From IMG/VR virus record IMGVR_UViG_3300010338_000575: a DNA stretch of 64,000 nucleotides; one strand, 5' to 3'. Source of the stretch: a virus. Lineage: Duplodnaviria > Caudoviricetes. The notes beneath the pieces are model-generated. The model had not been told where the DNA came from, did not search any database, and was given only the letters and a program-made list of their open reading frames with translations. Both the position numbers and the translations under genes were made by a program. Positions 60,115 to 64,000 of the stretch are shown here, piece by piece. The stretch's first letter is position 1; each line of letters starts with the position of its first letter.

Positions 60115-62697
60115 ATGGCTAATACTGGTTCTAATAACAATAATAAAAGTAAATTAATGCAAGAATATCTTAATTCAATTAATGAATTACAACAAAAATA
60201 TAATGAATTAATTGATAAAGAAGGTGATATAAAAGATAAAATAGGATATCAACAAGAACTTTATAAAGAAAGACAAGAAGTAATTAATTTATTACAAGAA
60301 AACTATAATGATTTAACTAATGATCAAAAAGATAAACTAAACGATTTAGTTAGATTACAAGTTGAACAAAAAAAACAAATTATTGATACCGTTAATGAAC
60401 AAAAAAATATTAATAAACAACTACAAAATGAAATTGAATTTAGAAAAAAAATTGTAGATAGCGCAAGAGCATTAGGTGTTGCATTATTAAATATTCACAA
60501 AGAATTACAAGCACATGATAAAATCATTAGAACCACTATTCTTAATTTAGGTATGAGTGGTGTTAAGGCTGAAATGATTAGGTCAAGTTTTGAAAAAAGC
60601 GCAGGTTTTGCAGTTAGACTTGGTGGTAGTCTTTCAGATATACAGAATATAATGGAAGGTTTTGCTGATGAAACTGGAAGAGCAAGAGCATTATCAGAAA
60701 ATATGGTAAAAGATATCATGACAATCGGTAAAGGGACTGGATTAGGTGTTGAAAATGCTACAAAATTAGGTTCTCAATTTGAAATTATGGGAATTGATAC
60801 TAAAAAAACTTTAGAATATGTTCAAGGCGTTGTTGATACAAGTGAAAGAATGGGTGTAAATACAACTAAAGTATTAAAAAATGTATCAGATAATTTTAAA
60901 AAATTACAAACATATAATTTTCAGCAGGGTGTTAAGGGTTTTGCACAAATGGCAGAATTTGCTGAAAAATTTAAAATTAGTGTAAATGATGCTTTAAACG
61001 CTGCAGATACAGCAAGAACATTAGAAGGTGCTATTGATATGGTTGCACAACTACAAGTAATGGGTGGTGAATTTGCTAAATTAGATATGTTTGAAACATT
61101 ATATTTTGCACGTAATGACCCAGCAAAGTTACAAGAAAAAATTGCTGAACTAACTAAAGGTATAGTAACTTTAAGAAAAAATAGTGATGGTAGTTTTGAA
61201 AAATTTATAAGCCCAGCAGACCGTGATAGATTAAATCAAGTTGCAAAAGCATTGGGTATTTCAAAAGAAAATATGACTGAAATGGCACTACGTGCTTTTG
61301 ACATTAATAAAATGTCACAAGAACTTGCTGGTATGGGTTTAAGTGAACGTGAAAAACAATTAATACAAGGTGCTGCTGTTTTCAATTCAGAAACAGGTAA
61401 ATTTCAAGTAAAAATTGGTGAACATATGAGAGATATATCATCTTTAACAAAAGATGATATAAAACGATTTGAATCGGAAAAAAGTTCATTAGAAGAAAGA
61501 GCAAAACAAGCAATGACTTTTAATGAAACATTAAAATCAACAATCGAATCATTAAAAGTAGCATTACTTCCAATATTAAGAGGTGTTAACATATTACTTC
61601 AACCACTTATAAAAATTGCTGATGGTTTTAGTAAACTTGCTGATAGTGGTTGGGGTGGTGTTGCTACTGCAGCGGGAATATTACTTACTGCTGGTGGTGT
61701 ATGGAATAGGGTTACAAAGGGTTTAAATCAATCAATAAATAATTGGGCAACAAAAGTCGCTAATGAAAAAAGTGGTACTTTTTTTTCAAAAACGTTTAAT
61801 TTATTTAAGGGTAACAAAACTACAACAACATCACCAATAGGCGGTAATATACCAACTACAGGTACTGCACCAGCATCAACAACGTTTAGTGAAAGTGCTG
61901 GCGCAGGATTAAAATCATTAGGTACTGGTGCTGGTATTGGTGCTGCGTTAGCAGGTGCTGGTGCTGGTATCAATATTGCAGCACAGGGTATTAGTAAATT
62001 AGCAGATTCAATGAGTAAATTAACACCAGAACAAGCAAAATCATTACAATGGATTGCAACAACATTAGCAATAACATTTCCTGCTGCAGCAGTTGGAATT
62101 CTTTTAGTAGGAAAATCTGCTGAGGTAAGTGTTGTTGGATTATTAGCATTAGGTGGTGCAATTATGATGATTGGTGGTGGTATTGGTATTGCTGCTGCTG
62201 GTATTGGTTTAATGGGAAAAGGATTGGCTGAAATGTTTAATGCGGTTAAGGGTAGTGAAAATACATTCCTTAATGTTGCAAGTGGTATTGGTGTATTAGC
62301 ATTAACCCTTTCTACAGCAGGACTTAGTGCAATACCCGCAGCGTTGGGTTTATCATTTGCTATTGGTAGAATTGCAAAACATGCAGAATCTATAAATAAA
62401 GTAGGTGAAGCATTTAATAACATAAAAGCAGTAATGTCTGGTAGTAAAGAAGATTTTATTGCAGTCGAAAATGCGGTTAAATCAATATCAAGTTATAGTA
62501 GTAGTAATAATAATTCATTTGCTGAATTGATAAAATTATTAAAAGAACCAATATACGTTAAATTTAGTGATGATAAAATTGTTCTACAAAACGATATAAC
62601 ACTTGATATTGATGGTAATAAATTCATGAATAAAGTATATAACACAGTAATTGCTGTAGAAAAACAAAATTCAACGAGAAGTGGTAGATTTATATAA
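60115..62697 (+). CDS. Tape measure protein
   Basis: Helical; Ala/Gly-rich hydrophobic C-terminal half; follows the chaperone. Confidence 0.8.
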   Translation: MANTGSNNNNKSKLMQEYLNSINELQQKYNELIDKEGDIKDKIGYQQELYKERQEVINLLQENYNDLTNDQKDKLNDLVRLQVEQKKQIIDTVNEQKNINKQLQNEIEFRKKIVDSARALGVALLNIHKELQAHDKIIRTTILNLGMSGVKAEMIRSSFEKSAGFAVRLGGSLSDIQNIMEGFADETGRARALSENMVKDIMTIGKGTGLGVENATKLGSQFEIMGIDTKKTLEYVQGVVDTSERMGVNTTKVLKNVSDNFKKLQTYNFQQGVKGFAQMAEFAEKFKISVNDALNAADTARTLEGAIDMVAQLQVMGGEFAKLDMFETLYFARNDPAKLQEKIAELTKGIVTLRKNSDGSFEKFISPADRDRLNQVAKALGISKENMTEMALRAFDINKMSQELAGMGLSEREKQLIQGAAVFNSETGKFQVKIGEHMRDISSLTKDDIKRFESEKSSLEERAKQAMTFNETLKSTIESLKVALLPILRGVNILLQPLIKIADGFSKLADSGWGGVATAAGILLTAGGVWNRVTKGLNQSINNWATKVANEKSGTFFSKTFNLFKGNKTTTTSPIGGNIPTTGTAPASTTFSESAGAGLKSLGTGAGIGAALAGAGAGINIAAQGISKLADSMSKLTPEQAKSLQWIATTLAITFPAAAVGILLVGKSAEVSVVGLLALGGAIMMIGGGIGIAAAGIGLMGKGLAEMFNAVKGSENTFLNVASGIGVLALTLSTAGLSAIPAALGLSFAIGRIAKHAESINKVGEAFNNIKAVMSGSKEDFIAVENAVKSISSYSSSNNNSFAELIKLLKEPIYVKFSDDKIVLQNDITLDIDGNKFMNKVYNTVIAVEKQNSTRSGRFI

Positions 62698-63092
62698 TTT
62701 TTTTTTGAGGTCCTTATAAAAAATACTTGAAAAATTCAAAAATTTTTTGTAACTTTGACGAAATTTTATTTCTCTCACTTTCTCTTATAAGAAAGTTTAA
62801 AAATAAAAATAACGTCGAAATAAAATTTCTTTCTTCACTTCTACGAAGTAAAGAACAAAGTCACAAAGTTTGTTTCTTAACTTCTACGAATTTAAGAAAA
62901 AACATTGTATTATAGGGTGTATTATATTCAAAATTTTACAAATTTTTAATTAAAAAATTTATTAACTCCAAATTTTTAATTTAAAAAAATAGAATTTTAA
63001 TTAAAAAAAATTGGGGGGTTGTCTATATTTTCCCAATGTAAAAATAATACATAAAAAAATATTATACAAGTATTTATTAAAAAATATTTTAT

Positions 63093-64000
63093 ATGCCTGA
63101 TGATACTTCAAAAATTGTTAGTGATAAAATAATTACTAATGGTACGAAACCATTAACTACTGAAGAGTATAGGGAATTAATTCTAAAACGTAATCTTGAA
63201 TTTGGTTATTCAAAAGATAAACCATATGAAAATATTGATAGTTTATCATTAGATAATTTATTAAAAAATGTTGATGGAAAAATTAAGCCAATAATTTCAA
63301 ATTTGTTAACATCAATACCTGTTTTAAATGCTATAAATCCTCAAAATACTTTAATAGGTAGATTAATTAAAACTAATACACCTCTTGAAATTGTTGGTAA
63401 TAAAATGTTAGGCGTTCATTTAGCATATGGTGTAACTGCACATTTAAGTAAAAAAATTGGAACTTTTGATGTTACTGGTGCAATATTTAAAGGGGGAAAA
63501 TTATATCATAAATATGAAGATTATAGTGTTACTAATAATTCAAATAAAAGTTTAGTTGATAAAGCAATTAGTTTTGGATTTTTTAATTCAAATATTTTTA
63601 GTAGTGCAACACCTTTTAATAGTGAATCTAATAATATTACTTATATTGAAAATACTGGAATTGCACAGTTATCTAATTTTTATAGAGCAATTAATTTAAA
63701 TGTATATAAACCAATTGGTTTTGATGTTGAATATGATACAATTTTTTTTGAGTATGCAAATAAAAAACATGCAGATATATCAATAAATCCGCAAAATTAT
63801 CCGTTAATTAATAAAAATATTTTTAGTTTTGATAATATTAAAAAAAATCCATATTTAAATTATCGTGATGTTAATTTATTTAATACAGTTAATTTAGTTA
63901 ATGATTTATATATAAAAAATTATAATGTTTTAGATTCACAATATTACGCAATAAGTACTGAAGATATTAATGATAATTATGGTAAAACTAATAAAACTGA
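63093..64000 (+). CDS. Putative virion protein, partial (runs off the window)
   Basis: MPDDTSKIVSDKIITNG... after late motif at 63070. Confidence 0.65.
   Translation, partial: MPDDTSKIVSDKIITNGTKPLTTEEYRELILKRNLEFGYSKDKPYENIDSLSLDNLLKNVDGKIKPIISNLLTSIPVLNAINPQNTLIGRLIKTNTPLEIVGNKMLGVHLAYGVTAHLSKKIGTFDVTGAIFKGGKLYHKYEDYSVTNNSNKSLVDKAISFGFFNSNIFSSATPFNSESNNITYIENTGIAQLSNFYRAINLNVYKPIGFDVEYDTIFFEYANKKHADISINPQNYPLINKNIFSFDNIKKNPYLNYRDVNLFNTVNLVNDLYIKNYNVLDSQYYAISTEDINDNYGKTNKT

Larger units (their letters stand above)
2816..63077. promoter_or_regulatory. Recurrent late-promoter motif GTATTTAT on the coding strand
   Basis: Plus: 2816, 7714, 11083, 12837, 15703, 16274, 18389, 20513, 27929, 33870, 40108, 45851, 49114, 58844, 60087, 63070. 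Minus: 3696, 5866, 6561, 7666, 11032, 26501, 42933, 45673, 53988. Confidence 0.85.

Noticed and set aside
12209-62423. Many antisense or alternate-frame ORFs (e.g. 13374-13781, 14517-15119, 27944-28762, 61728-62423)
   Set aside because: Shadows of well-supported genes on the other strand or frame
1-64000. Genome-wide stop-codon reassignment
   Set aside because: Core genes are intact in code 11 and use TAG/TGA as real stops (e.g. 59871, 22119)
1-64000. CRISPR array, group I/II introns, inteins, DGR
   Set aside because: No spaced direct repeats, split core genes, intein termini or reverse transcriptase seen

Overview
AT-rich segment of a large T4-like (myovirus-type) phage genome, probably infecting Bacteroidota. 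Host clues are TAnnTTTG-like promoters, A-rich non-Shine-Dalgarno starts, a lipoprotein with an acidic export signal, and a SiaC/DUF1987 gene. Positions ~9-64 kb carry the virion module: terminase, portal, prohead protease, scaffold, major capsid, neck, sheath, tube, spike, tail chaperone with a -1 frameshift, and tape measure. Interspersed are thyA, dut, phoH, a UvrD-like helicase, two glycosyltransferases, a probable late sigma factor and a captured methyltransferase cassette. The first 8 kb is an accessory region with RNA ligase 1, methyltransferases, a gutted EcoRV-like nuclease and 10 tRNA genes. Main finding: each of two tRNA clusters is preceded by an unannotated leader peptide plus antiterminator/terminator (classical attenuator layout). 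The leader codons match the tRNAs downstream (QPQPQHH before Pro/His/Gln; LEWSLLVDDA before Asp/Glu/Val/Leu/Ala/Trp). This suggests a phage sensor that turns on its own tRNAs when the matching host tRNAs are depleted. All calls come from reading the sequence; no searches were run.
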